A stretch of DNA of 64,000 bases from Camelus dromedarius (lineage: Eukaryota). Where the stretch lies: contig NC_087437.1 in NCBI RefSeq assembly GCF_036321535.1, positions 50,036,001 to 50,100,000 on the forward strand, written 5' to 3'. The position numbers were made by a program, and so were the translations under genes. Of the stretch, positions 49,831-62,920 are shown in pieces. The notes under the pieces are model-generated. The model ran no database searches. It was not told the origin of the DNA and worked only from the letters and a program-made list of their open reading frames with translations. Positions within the stretch are counted from its first letter, which is position 1. Every line of letters begins with the position of its first letter.

Positions 49831-51849
49831 TGGCAAATATTTATGCTTTGTCACCATCTCAACCACCCATAAGGCAACTGGAACAAGAGTCATTAGGCCT
49901 CGGCAATGTTTGGATTCTTGTTTGAACACCTGACTGTCCCCTCAGAAATGTACACTGCACTGGAAATAACATAGTAATAAGAGGACCAGACTCAAGGTCA
50001 GGCCATCTGGAGTAGGGACTCAGCTCTGCTGCTGACTAGCTGTGTGGCCTAGATCAGTCTCTCAACTTCTCCTTTTCTCCATCTGACATCCAAGGAGATA
50101 GAACTAGATAATTCTAAGGTCTCTTCCAGTTCTGTGGTTTCATATATGTATAATACTACGTGAATGATACACACAAGAGACTTAGTACATACTTAATTGG
50201 AGAAGCCAAGCAAAGCAAGATAATCTTTTTCTCAAGTGATTTAAATGTTTATTAGATCAAGATTTGGTGTGTCCAAGATCAGGTCAAAAAGTGAACAAAA
50301 GGTGGTAAGGGTTGGTTGGTTGATGGCTCCTCGAAAGGGAGAGAACTGAGGTTCAAGGCTTAGCTCTAGCAGGCTCTATGTGGTGTTGGGTCGGTCCACC
50401 AAAACTTCTAAGAGGAGTTGGGTAGATGACCTCTAAGTCTTTTCCAACAAGGACATTATGGCTCAAACAGAAAAAAAATCAAACCGCCACATTCCTAAAT
50501 ATAATATTCAGTGCATTTTACTATATATTCTTGAGGAAAATGGATATTGGTCTGAATAATTACAAAACAAATATTCTCTGTTCCATATTACTCTGTATTG
50601 AAGAATTTTCAGTTGGTTTATAAATATGTATTTACAGTAGGCATCCTGATGGGGAAGACAGGTAAGACTATAACTGTCATAAAGGCAAAAGAATTTTCAG
50701 ATATGGTTATCATAACAATGGGGTCTGTCATCACATACCAATTTGTTGACTCTTGGCTACCATCAAAAAGATAATGAGATTTTTATTTTCATGGCTAATA
50801 ACTTAGAAAGTCACACCAAACTAAATTGAAAGTATTAGTTGCACACCCATTTTTTAAAGCTGTAAGTTTCCCATACTAAAACCTTTTTTAAATCACTCAT
50901 TAGCTAAAATGTTACAAAATAAACTGAGTTTTAAATTGATTCCACTTGAGAACTAAAGGATCTAGTTAATAATGCAAATTTAATTTAGTTTTCCACATTA
51001 TTATTCTTAATTTAAAAATTATAAACATAAGTGCCAGCATCTTCTAATTACTTTCTGTATTTAGTTAGACACAAGCTATATTCACAAAACTAAAGCACCC
51101 AAACCAGTAAGATATCAATAGAGCCTCTCAATGCATGAGATGGCAACAGCCCCAACAGGAACACAGTCCTTGTTTCAGACCACTACCATCTTCTGTGAGG
51201 TTAACTGAGATGGGAGGTAAAAGAACACCATTTAGGAATGTATCTGATACACAGATTATGAAATAATTTAGAGCTTCCAAGTGCACAAATTATACACAGA
51301 TAGAGGTAACAGGAATTTGACTTACGTACTTCAAGTCAAACCTGAAGCCCACATTCCAGAATTTTCCTAAAACACATGAAGAACCTTTAAATCTACTTTG
51401 CAAACTTGAAAGTTTACAAAAATATTAAGGTTTGCCCATTTGGGGTTTGCCCTTAACCACTGTTTCTTTTACTTGTTGTTGAAGCAGGTAAGGAAAATAA
51501 ACTTTACCAAGTTAATTATATAGTATTTGTCATTTTCCAATTATAATAGCCTCTCCTTTCTATCTCATTTACTTGCCATTAACAACACTACATTTTACTT
51601 GCTGGCCTCATAAAGGTAGAAATTCAGAAGTATGTGTATTAATATATAATACGTATTTTATACACATGTAATACATGTTTTACATGCATACATATATACA
51701 CACATAGAGCACACAAAAGGAAATATTGCTTGGATTTCAGGCTGTTCTTTTTAAAAAATAATGTACTGCCTTTTGTGCCTCCATTTCTAATTAGCAACTT
51801 ACTCTCACAACTTTCTCCTAAGTAAATCTACAATATACTCTTGAACAGA

Positions 51850-52100
51850 GAATAATGATTGCACACCCAGTATCTGAAATCAGGCTATGGTTGCAATCCT
51901 GTTCTACTTTTCCTTATCTGATACCCTTAAAAAATTGTTTAACCGTTTAACCTCACTGTGCCTCAGTTTCCTTATCCATAAGATGGAGATAATAATGGCA
52001 TCTACTTCACAAGACAGTTTTGAGGGTTAAATGAGTTTGTATGTGAAACAAATTTAGAATAGTACCTACCACATAAGAGGTATTTAACAATTAGGTATTA
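51850..52100 (+). mobile_element. MIR SINE
   Basis: ttaacctcactgtgcctcagtttccttatccataagatggagataataat...tgagggttaaatgag. Confidence 0.85.
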
Positions 52101-52314
52101 CTACTATTGGTTTAGTTTATACTATAGAAACATATCTGCAATTAAACTATCTTCTTCTTTAAAGATCTTCCAAGTGTATGAAGTCTTCAAGATATGAAAT
52201 CTCATATTCTATCTTTCCTTTTGCCCCCACCATTCTCCATTAAAGTACACGTTTATTATTGTTATTTTCCATAAATGCTTATGCCAAGGAAATTTCTCAG
52301 CTTAGTTACAGACA

Positions 52315-52518
52315 AGTATTGTCCAATAGAACTTACTTTGATGATGGAAATATTCTGTATCTGCCCTGTCCAATACAGTAGTTACTAGCCCCATACAGCT
52401 AATGAACAATTGAAATGTGGCTAGTTTGACTCAGGAATTGAATATTTAATTATATTTAATTAGAATTTGAATTAAAAGAGCCATACTGGCCAATAGGGCT
52501 ACCATGCTGGACAGCACC
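52315..52518 (+). mobile_element. MER3-like hAT-Charlie MITE
   Basis: tgtccaatagaact...gatgatggaaatattctgtatctgccctgtccaatacagtag...gaaatgtggctagt...ggctaccatgctggacagc. Confidence 0.9.
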
Positions 52519-53706
52519 ATTATAAAGTGTTTTGGAGTCACACCTAGACTTAAATGCATGACCCTGACACTTACTACCTCTATGACAATTATTTTCCTGG
52601 AGCTTCAGTTTCTGAATAATAACATTAAAGGGCATGGTGTAATACATTTTATAAATATTAGTTTTTCTGATTCTCTACCTTCCTTTAGATTGGTATAATC
52701 TGGACAGAACAGCTTTTGAAAGGACCAGACACAAAGCAGAGAAAAACTTTTAGCTCTTTTTAGACTTCAAAATGAAAAACACCGCCCCCCCCCCACAATG
52801 TTCTCACCTGCTGCACTATAACTGTTAATCTTAAGTAAAAATGTGATATTCTGATTTTACAGAGACCCCTGAAAATGCCTACACATTTCTCAAAAGATGT
52901 GAAACTACGAGGATCCTCAGGACTGTCTCACATTCATAGAACCCCAGCAGGCTTTGGTCATGGAAAGCCCATTTGTACATACTCCCCTGGATTGTGGCCA
53001 CAATCCAGGCAGTCTCTTGTTGACTCCGTCAAAAAGCAATCACTGTCGGCCAATGCTCCAATAATCCTGTGACCTGCCATCAATATATTCATGAAAAAAA
53101 CTGATCCCAAGTAACTCCCAGGAGAACTTCCTTTTTGAAAACTCCTCACAATGACACTCCTAAAAGATGGTAGAAGAAATTCTCATATACCATGGAAATA
53201 GTAGTACAGTCTCTTTCAGCACCTTCAAGGACATGATCATATGGGCCTGGGATACAAAACCTCAGGGCAAATATGACCAGAAAATCGCAACCCAGGCTTA
53301 TTATGAAGAACTTTGGAAGTACAAATTAAAGTATTGGCACTCTTAAAATTGGGACTTGACTTCAGAACAGCAAGATAGGGGTCCAAGATACTTTGTCAAC
53401 AGCCTCAGCTCTTTTCTGAGATTATCCTCCCTGGTAAGAAAACCTTTTACTATCATACTTTTATTTGATGCTTCAAGGATTTTAGCTAACTTGGCTCCTT
53501 ACAAGGTCCTGAGCATAAAGACTTTCTGGATATCCATAGCTTCATGACACTACTCCCGATTGTAATCTAAAAATAGGAAAGACCACATACCCACTCAACA
53601 ATCATAACTTGTATGCCAGATAAATTGTGGCAAAGATGAGTGCACTGATGAGAAATACTGACTTCATCCAACTCTGGTCTAATATATATCAAAAGGGAAG
53701 AGAACT

Positions 53707-53731
53707 AAAACAAAACAAAACAAAACAAAAC
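53707..53731. repeat. (AAAAC)5 microsatellite
   Basis: aaaacaaaacaaaacaaaacaaaac. Confidence 0.95.
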
Positions 53732-55129
53732 AGCCCAAATTATGTGAGACAGCATGGTGCTATGGTAAAAACAGTGGCTTGATGTCATAAGACCCACCCC
53801 TCATCACTCAGTGTCTGTGGGATTTGGGTCCAGTTATTTGACTTTTTAAGCCTTGGTGTCTGTAATACGGGAATACTACTACTTTATTTTGAGGACTATA
53901 GTGATTAATTAGACAATGTACAGAGTGTCTAACACAATAACAACCGTAGTATTGATAGTCAACAAAGATTTGTCTTTTTCACAACTCTGATATTTCAAAA
54001 TAATGCTATAATCATTCTAGTTAGTCCAATCTATCCAAAAGTATTTACTTAACCTTTTACCTGGATTTCAAAAATGAATTGACATATGTTAAGCCATGAT
54101 ACCAATTTCAGCAAATTTTGATGCAGATTTGGGATTTAATACTCCTAGGCCTCAAATAAAATTTTGGTAATAAGGATTTGGCATGAATTATAGGAACAAG
54201 ACAAGCATAATATAGGCCTTGGGTACCATTTGCCTGGATTACTACAATTTCTTCCTCACTCAACTGCCTTCTATTGTTGTTACAGAGACCTCTACTGGGG
54301 GTTTTGACTATATTAACCCTTTTCTCCTCTAAGATTTATTACAAATAAGAAATAAAACCCTGTGAATGGCTTCCAAAACCTCATCCGTGTCACAATTACA
54401 ACCAAGGAAGACTTCACCTCCTATGTTTCCATCTGCATCCCTTGAATGGCTTTTCTCATGCCAGCGTGACCATCATCTTATTCCTCTACTATACAAATGT
54501 ATCCCTAAGTAGGCCTCAATGTTTTAGGCGGAATGAAACACAGAATGCAAAGAAATGAAAATCCAACTTTCTAAACTATTACTTCCTCCCTACCGCATCA
54601 TAGGCATTCTGTTTTTTCCAACAAGTGCCAAAATGAGAATGTACACCCTGCTCCCCCATAAACTTGCCTGCACAAAGTCTTATAAAGAATAGAAAGTAAA
54701 CCTCTTTAGTTTCTCATTACTTAAAAATGTGATTTATAATATGTCTTCCTGATCAGCCACTCCACTTGTAGAGCACCCAGGCCAGTGCTGAACATGTAAT
54801 TAGCATATCATAAATACCTGTTAATTGATTGACAATGTTAATATTATTTATTCTTTTCATACCACATACTTACTCAGTGTTTTACCTGTTGTCTATTTAT
54901 CCTCTGTGCCTATCTCCATTGTTGTTTTTTCTAAAACTACAAGCTGTAAAGTGGAGGAGCCTGTAAAGTGGAGTGAGTTTCTTTGACTCACTGTGGATAA
55001 TGGGCTGTGGAGAGATGCTTAAACAGGCTTTTCAATTGATTGATTAATAGAACGATTGATGGATGGATGGAAGAAAGAGTGAATGCATTATAGCATTCTC
55101 CATTTGCTATTCCAACAGGCTAAATTTAC

Positions 55130-55280
55130 CAAAGGGGTCTGTTCTGCCCCTGCTGCCTAAACAAAGCGCCCGAGGTAGGTGAGTGAGAGGGTCAAGGAAC
55201 AGCCATCCCTACCGCACACAATAGACAAGGGCTGCTTCTTCCACTAATTGCTGCAAAACATCTTTTGAGGCAAGGTGGTT
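55130..55280 (-). other. Candidate further non-coding 5' exon or regulatory element
   Basis: Repeat-free, CpG-retaining block with minus-strand donor TTTG|GTAAAT (55129-55124) and SOX-like motifs AACAAAG and CACAATAG. Confidence 0.35.
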
Positions 55281-55373
55281 ATTTTCTATTATTTCTTCAT
55301 CATATTCTTAGGGTAATTCTTCTTTAAGTTATAAAAGAAAAAAATGCAACTAACAAGAACTATGCTTTTTTTT

Positions 55374-55451
55374 AACATTTTTTATTGATTTATAATCATT
55401 TTACAATGTTGTGTCAAATTCCAGTGTAGAGCACAATTTTCAGTTATACAT
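55374..55451 (-). mobile_element. Extremely 5'-truncated young L1 (last ~78 nt) with 17-bp TSD
   Basis: Minus strand ...tgtgctctacactggaatttgacacaacattgtaaaatgattataaatcaataaaaa parallels the 3' ends of the two longer L1s; TSD gaactatgctttttttt (55357-55373) / gaaccatgctttttttt (55452-55468). Confidence 0.9.
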
Positions 55452-55997
55452 GAACCATGCTTTTTTTTCAGCCCTACACTTTTTAACTTTGAGTCTCACT
55501 AAATGCAAGTAATTTCCTTGCCATCAATAACTTATTTATTCATTTTCTAGGCCAGTATACATTCTATCTACAAATGGACTTTGTTTCATAAACCTAAAAA
55601 TGGATAAAAGAGATACAAAAAATATTTAAATCTTTAAATTGCCAGATTTCCTTTAGAATTCATGTTAATTTCAAGTCCAAACTAATGATCTTAGGGCTCA
55701 AAAGTATAAAATTTTTGGCCAGATTGTTTTAACCTGATAGAGGAGCAGTCAGGACTAGACACATGGAAGCAAGCAATAGATTTCAGGGTTATTCTGCCTA
55801 GAAATATAGGGCCATGTCTCTGCTCATGTTTATTTCTGTCAGTACCACATGTAACATGCAAGAGAGATGAGTTCTCCCAGGAGCTATGCTCTGTGAGCAC
55901 ACCCAGGGCACTACCTAAAAATCCATCACTCTCACTAAAGAAAAAACATCAGAATCTAATAAGTGAATAAACTAGAATATGGTCAAATTACTTTTTA

Positions 55998-56130
55998 ACT
56001 ATTCACTCATTCATTTATTCAAAAATATGTACTGAGTACTTACCATGTGCCAGGTATGGTTCTAGGCACTGCAGATATATAGGTGAGAAGATATACAAGT
56101 TCTCTGCTCTCATGAAGCTTATGTTCATAC
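55998..56130 (-). mobile_element. L2 3' end fragment
   Basis: ttcactcattcatttattcaaaaatatgtactgagtacttaccatgtgccaggtatggttctaggcactg. Confidence 0.85.
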
Positions 56131-58159
56131 AGTTTTGCCCCTTCTTTGTATAATTAACTGGATACAGGGCACCACTTATAAACTCATTCTTTCTCTTTAC
56201 TCTTTAGCACTGCTCTATGAGCTATGGAGAGAACACAGGAGGAGCTGAGCTAATGGAGGAATATAACTCAATTCTCAACAAATCCTCAACATTCACTGTG
56301 AAGGAAGGACTAGCCAGGGTGGTGCCTGTGCCTTTCCCTTTAGTATTGGGACCATCATAGTAATATGGCTCTGTAATAACTCTAGAAATCTGCATTAATC
56401 ATGAATGTTTAATGGTGGACACGTGGCTCTCAGTAGAGGTTGTCATAATATGCCACTGAAGAAGGATATTTCACAACAGATTTATGTTAGATTGCTAATT
56501 TTAAAAGCAATTTATAAAATACATGCAGTACAATACAATTTTGTTAACAGAGGAAGTCTGACTGTGCATCGGACAAGGTGGATAGAATACACAGCCACAT
56601 GCTGGCGGTGGATAGCTCTGGTTAGGATTGTGCGTGCTGTATGTGCGTGAATGCATGCAAATGCATGTGTGCAAGTGCTTTGCATGTTTTTTTAAATTTT
56701 CTACAATGAAAGTGTTTACTAAATTCTCCAACCATAGGGAGAAAAATTTTACCCCTCCTTCCAAAAAACTACATCAAATATTACTGCAGCAGAAGGTGGG
56801 ATCCAATAACAGAGGAGCCAGCCTCTTGTCTAGGCGACCTCCTTTTGTAGCTTATGAGGCAATGTTGTTTGGCCTTGTCCACACTTGGACTAAAGCACTG
56901 AAGTTTTTCTCGTCAAATTTCATTTGGACCTACTGGCCAGAGACAACCTAGTAACCATAATTTTCCAAACCCTGCTGTTAGGTACAGTACATGGGTGGTA
57001 TTCTATCACCTATGACTAGTTGGTAATTTTTGCAATAGCACTTATTCTTCTGAAATAAATTATATGTTCTTCACAATGCTGTCAAAAACAGAAACTTATC
57101 ACAATGGTATCAAACATAAGACATTTGAACAAGTAAAAAGATTTTTTAAAGGTGGGAGGGAGATTTCTAAATTAACCAAGGTATTATCCTCACTTAAGGA
57201 TATATATGTGAAAAAGCCTGCTAAAACAAGAGCAATGACATGGCATACCTCCTTTCATTTTAGTCTGTTTCTTCCAAACTGAATCATCTATTCCTCCCCT
57301 TCTTGGAGAAGGCACAAGACCATTCACCAGTGGGCAGAAAATAAATGTGTAAACTCATAGAATCAGCTTGTCACAAATCGGCAAATACAGTTAATGGTTA
57401 ATTATCTGCAAAGACTTTATTCTTGTCACTTTTCAATTTTCTGGTCAGCATTTCAAAAAAGGAACCAACTCTAATTAGTAAAATAATTTTTCAGGTCTTT
57501 ATAGAGCTGTTTCTCTAGAAAGCTCTTGGAATAGCCTGCTTTTGTTTTGTATTGTTTTCTTTTAGGATAATATAACTCCCTTGCTCCTACATGAGAGCTA
57601 AGAGCACTTGCACACTCAACCCACCTCCTAACCAGGAAAACATTTTTTAAAAGATTACTGTTTTTTTAAGCACAGATCTAGGTGTTCTGAGTTTCTGCTG
57701 CCGCTCATCTGCACTGAATGGCAAAAACAATGTAAACCTTCCAGACAGAAAGTTGTATTTGAGAGTTAGTGTGAAATACGGTTCACCCATGTGAATGATC
57801 TTGGGATAATAACAGAATCAGAGAAGATGTTATGTGTAGCCTAACAAAGAGTCAAAATTATAGATATACATGTAGATAGTTCAAATTAATTATTGGTTCC
57901 ATTTAGAAAAGAATCTCCTCCTGAGAAAAGAGGCTTTGAGTTCATCTCCCTGCTCCTCACTCTTTTACCTTTGAGCTTTTGGGGGACCAGAAACGCTAAC
58001 CTTAATTAATGGAAGATCCACTAGACCCCAGGCAAGGGTTTGGGTCCCAGGCCCCGGGTCTCCTCCTGTGCCTCTCCCAGGAGTAACAAGCAAGCAGCCT
58101 TCATTACTGGCAGCTGAGGGGAAGGGTCACTGGGAATGGATTTGCAGGGCCCTCATTGA

Positions 58160-58560
58160 GCGATCACTCCATGCTGAGAGGAGCTGGCCGTGCTCTCGGA
58201 CACCTGGTCATTAACATTGCTAATTAGCAGCCATTAATCAGGGCGCTCGATTTTTTTTGTTGTTGTTGCATGTCACTGGCTCAGAGGAACCAAGTGAATA
58301 AGAAGATTGTTTCATTACCTCCACAAGAGGTGGAATGAAAGCAGTTCCCATCAGCTCAAGATGAGATGGATTAAGGGAAAGGTTAGACAACAGTTTGAGA
58401 TGAGCTGGGATTGGGGTGGAGGTGGGGGAGCGGGTGGAGGGGCCGGGAGACCTGAGCTGTCTGCTCAGGGAAAATCAGTCACCTATAATTAATGAAATCT
58501 TCCGCAACCTAATTCTAATCACCGTGTGAGCGAGCGTTCCTCCAACAACCAAAGTTTTGA
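58160..58560. promoter_or_regulatory. Enhancer-like non-coding element rich in homeodomain motifs
   Basis: cattaacattgctaattagcagccattaatcagggcgctcg and tataattaatgaaatcttccgcaacctaattctaatcaccgtgtgagcgagcg: many TAAT cores plus retained CpGs, no repeat similarity. Confidence 0.55.
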
Positions 58561-59893
58561 ACTTTAAAAGCTTTATTTTCTTCTGTTAGTGCAGGGAATT
58601 ATCTTTAAGTCATTTTAATTTTGTTCAGAACTCAGTAAGTTTGGTACTTCTGCCTTCTCATTCTAAAGTAACTTTCATTCTAAAAGATTATGACATAATT
58701 TAAAATTTCAAGTAGTTATAATGAAAGCACTTTTAGAATATCTTCATTATTTTACCCAAATGGATACATTCCAACCAACAATAAAGGGTAATCAAAAAAA
58801 AAAAATTCTACAGTTTTTAGAATGGAAATAATAAAAATAAGTTTTTATTCTTATGCCTAACTGCCCTAAAAGGCAAGAGGGAATGAAAAGACTATATTGA
58901 TTTGTACATAATGACGCTGAGAAGAACAGCATGTCATTAAAAAGGGCTAAAGACTGTGTGTGTCTTGTGTCTGTGTGTAAATTGTTTTTTTTTTTTTTTG
59001 TTATTATTAATTCAAATGCAATGTAATGAACATACTTTAATGGAGCATTTTCTCTTCTGGAATGTAGGGTGTTGTGTGTGTAGCACATTATCTTAATTTC
59101 TGGAAAACGTAAATCTTGGTAACAGGTTGTATGTCCCCGTGTTATAGGTGTCATCATCATTTTTTATCTAGGAAAAAAATATTGTGAGAATACTTATTTA
59201 ATTAGCAGTTAGTTAGCTACTATGAATTTATTCATTTATTAAAATGTGCTCACCCAAGAGCTGCAAAGTAGATCTCCTCCACTTATGGGGGAAGTTCTCT
59301 TTAGCTCTAAACATTGAGTACTTTGTCCAGCTTTTTGCTGTGTTTCTGCTCTGAGTCTCTCTGTAGGTTACAAAATGTTGTTTGCGGTGGCTCTAAATGA
59401 CTAGGAAGCAGAGATTGTCTAAGTATTTATTAGCACTGTGTGGCCTCATTTGGACATGTGTAATAAATATACATTTGCACATATAACATGTACCCCTGCA
59501 CTTTCAAAGCAAAGTTATTTACTTAATGTGTCCTCATTTCCAAACAATAAAAGGTGAAACCTGTTATTTGTGTACAAATTTGCTCTGTTTACAAAGAACT
59601 ATGAAGTTGTTGGGGGAAGGAAGCAAGTATGTAAAACTAATCTGAGGAGCATTTCAATTGGGTTGGAAATCTGTAATATGATTTCTAGGACTTCATGGGA
59701 AAGTTGAACGCTCAAGGGGAAATTACACAAAGAACAGCTGAGAAAAAGTTGCATTCTGGCACAGAATCATGCAAATGGGGCACATTCTTCAGTTTTCTCA
59801 TGACGGATTGCCTCTGAAACCTCAGAGCCAAGCTGCAGCAATGCTAATGAGGGAGATGCATCAATGAACAGTGTCATCCCAGGGGCTTCCAAA

Positions 59894-60017
59894 GGGGACG
59901 GGGTGGGGGGGCGGGGGGCGCGAGAGGGAGCTGGAGGAGGAAGAAGGAAGAAAGGAAGAAAAGAGAAAAAGGGGGTAGGGGTGAGGGGAGAAAAAGAAAA
60001 AGAAAAAGGAGGGAGAG
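59894..60017 (+). repeat. G-run cluster followed by a polypurine tract
   Basis: ggggacggggtgggggggcgggggg, then ~95 nt almost purely A/G. Confidence 0.85.
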
Positions 60018-62694
60018 CAGTTGAACTTTGAAGTATTAGGGCTAAACCATTACAAACAACTAACGTAGCAGGTAGAGATGGAAGGTACAAAATGTACAGC
60101 ACTACAATTAGATCCTTTAAGATTTGAGAGATTTTAAGAAACAAAATAGGATGGGAGATAGAAAACTTTATAAACTGTCTGCCTGTTAGACTAAAACCAA
60201 AATTACAGCTGGGAGCTAAAATGCTCTATGCAGACAGAGTATGGCTTGTGGTTTCTCTATTAGGACTCTAGACTATAATGAAAAAGACTGGGGACCATCT
60301 ATGCCAGAAAAAAAAGGTAGCACTTTTCAGACTTAACTTCTTTGTGGTTACAGAGTTCTCATTTGAATATTGAAAAATATTGTAAACGCACACATTTGTA
60401 GCTCATTTACTACAAATGAAGTTTGCTTGTCATTCCAATTGTGTTTTGAAAGATTTTTTCTTTAAATGCATGTGTCTTTGTGTATCAAAGATTAGTTTTT
60501 TTAAAGAATATTTCTCTTGAGATTAACAAATGACTACTTTTGTAGAGATCCATGAGCAGATTTCTCTTTCTTGAGCTGCTAAAACCATACATACCACTTG
60601 CTTCCATCCCCACCTAGTTAATCCAAAATTATTACTAATTTACTTTGCATTTTCCTTCCATTCTGGGCTTCCAATACACTATATTTCTCATGGAAATCAA
60701 ATCAATAGCTATTTATTTAGCTTTTATTATATTTAAGGCATTTTATATTATTTTATAAAGAAACATAAATATATATATATAACTGTTAAGTTTCAGCCCT
60801 TTTAAAGTGGTATTGTTTCCAAACCTTATGAATTAACTGCCTTTATAATAATACCACAACAAACACAGCCAATTTGGTATTGATGTCAGTTGTGTGCTAC
60901 ACTTCTAAAATGTCCCACTAAAACTTAGTGCTGGCTCAATCAAAAGTATGGTTAAAATGTATTACCATTTTCCTTTTATTAGTTTATTTTATTAGGATCT
61001 GGTTTTAAAAATGTAAATAGCCAACAGTGTCCTTGTTTGCTAGCACCGTCGGTTCAGTACCTTTAGTTAAGTAAATAAACTCAAATAGAAGAAAAAACAA
61101 AAAAGAAAAAAAATGACTGCAGTAAGTTTAAACTCTTTAAACAATGAATATATAAGCAGCTCTGCATCAATATAGATTGATGATAAAATCAAGTTCCTTT
61201 TATTTTTTTGCTCAATTTCAACCAATAGGAACTGCAAGATTCAGAATTAAAGTGGAAAAAAAAATCCCTAACTCACTGTATTGTGTATTACAGTTCATAT
61301 GGTATAGTTTCCAAGACCACCCACAGTTCTGAGACTGCTTAATGGAAGATTGTATCAGCTGCTTTACCTAATGACAACTAGATGAGTTCAGAATGAAGTG
61401 TTAGCATTCATAGTACTTGTGGGCATAAAACAGGTTATTCACATCATTTCAAAGATAAGCTTTGTAGCAAAATGCATTCATTCATGGAATACATTTCTAA
61501 CGAATCAAGGACATTTTCTATTGAAATTAGCTTAAAAATTAAATTTCTCAGATAAAAAATTTAAATATTCCATTAAAGGATCTGTTAACATGTATTTAGG
61601 CAATTAAAAATTATATATTAATGGAAATTGCAAAGTATGTTTCTGGCATCACACAGTGTCATTTAACAGCATAATTATGAACAATGTTATTAATTGGTAG
61701 TTCACTATTGTCCATCATACACTCTAAGGGATGCCAGAGTGTTTCAGAAAACTTTCCCTCTAAAAAAATCTCTAAAGGCGGAGAGAATACATTTGAACCA
61801 CAAGACATCTTTGAGTAAATGCTAAAGTAGCCCCTCTCCTTGTTCCCCTTCCTTCTTTTACAAAAAAGGGATATTTCTTGGAAGTCTCCTGTTTTGTTTA
61901 TTAGATCCCTATGATTTTTACTGCAGAATATGGCCATGTTCATTTTAATTTAAAAATTATCTAAATTACAAACTATTTAGTTTGCTTGCTTGCTTTTAAA
62001 TCTTAGAGTAAAACTGATACTCCAGGAAGATGCATCATGTTAATCTCTTGAAATACTGTTATCCAGGGTGAGATGGTACAGCAATCAGTGAGCCTTCCTT
62101 AAGGTTCAGGGACTCTGATCTTGAGCCTTCAATCAGACTTACTGTATGGTTCTGAGCATGTATGTCCTCTAGCTGCTTTGGTCCTCAGCTTCCTCATGTG
62201 TAAAATGAGACGGGTATACTAGGTGTTGATCTTTAAACTCTGTTCACTTTGGGATGCTATAATAATTCTAGTAACACATTTTGTTTTTTCAATGGAGAGT
62301 AATGGCTACTTAAATATTAGTGTAGATTAATTCTGTGAATCTTTTACAACATAAGAATTTTAAGGAAGCATGGAATCCATATGTGAAATATAAAAAGAAA
62401 ACACACTTACTGTTTTGGCAAATTTACTCCAAAACTTTAAATATAAAAACCTGGGGAAAAAATGCCCTGTTTGGTTTTCCCTTTGTTTTCATTTGTTCAA
62501 TAAAACCATGTTTAATTGGGAATGAGCAATCATAACCCTTTATTAATCAAAGCTTTTTCTTGCAGCATAATTCCAAGAGAAAGATGCAGAAAGAAACCAA
62601 AAAACCTTCTAACAAATTTTCCTTTCATTAAAAAATTATATTCTGTCCACAGTTATTCACTAGACTCTATGTCTAACATACTACATCCTTAACT

Positions 62695-62920
62695 ATGGTG
62701 ATTTGGTTTTGAGCTCATGCTCTGGAATCAACCCTTAGTTAAATCCTACCTCCACCATTTAGTTATTGTATCAGTTATCCTCTCTAAGCCTCAGTGCTCT
62801 CATCTGTAACATGAACATAATAATAACACCTCATGGAGTCTGAGGAGCAGGGATTAAATGAAATAGTGTATGTCAAATGCTCCGCACAGTGTTTGGCCCA
62901 AGGTAAGTCCTCCATTAATA
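62695..62920 (+). mobile_element. MIR SINE
   Basis: cctctctaagcctcagtgctctcatctgtaacatgaacataataataacacctcat...ggattaaatga. Confidence 0.85.

Noticed and set aside
53567..53576. Perfect MEF2 site CTAAAAATAG
   Set aside because: A single 10-mer in AT-rich DNA without supporting motifs; expected by chance.
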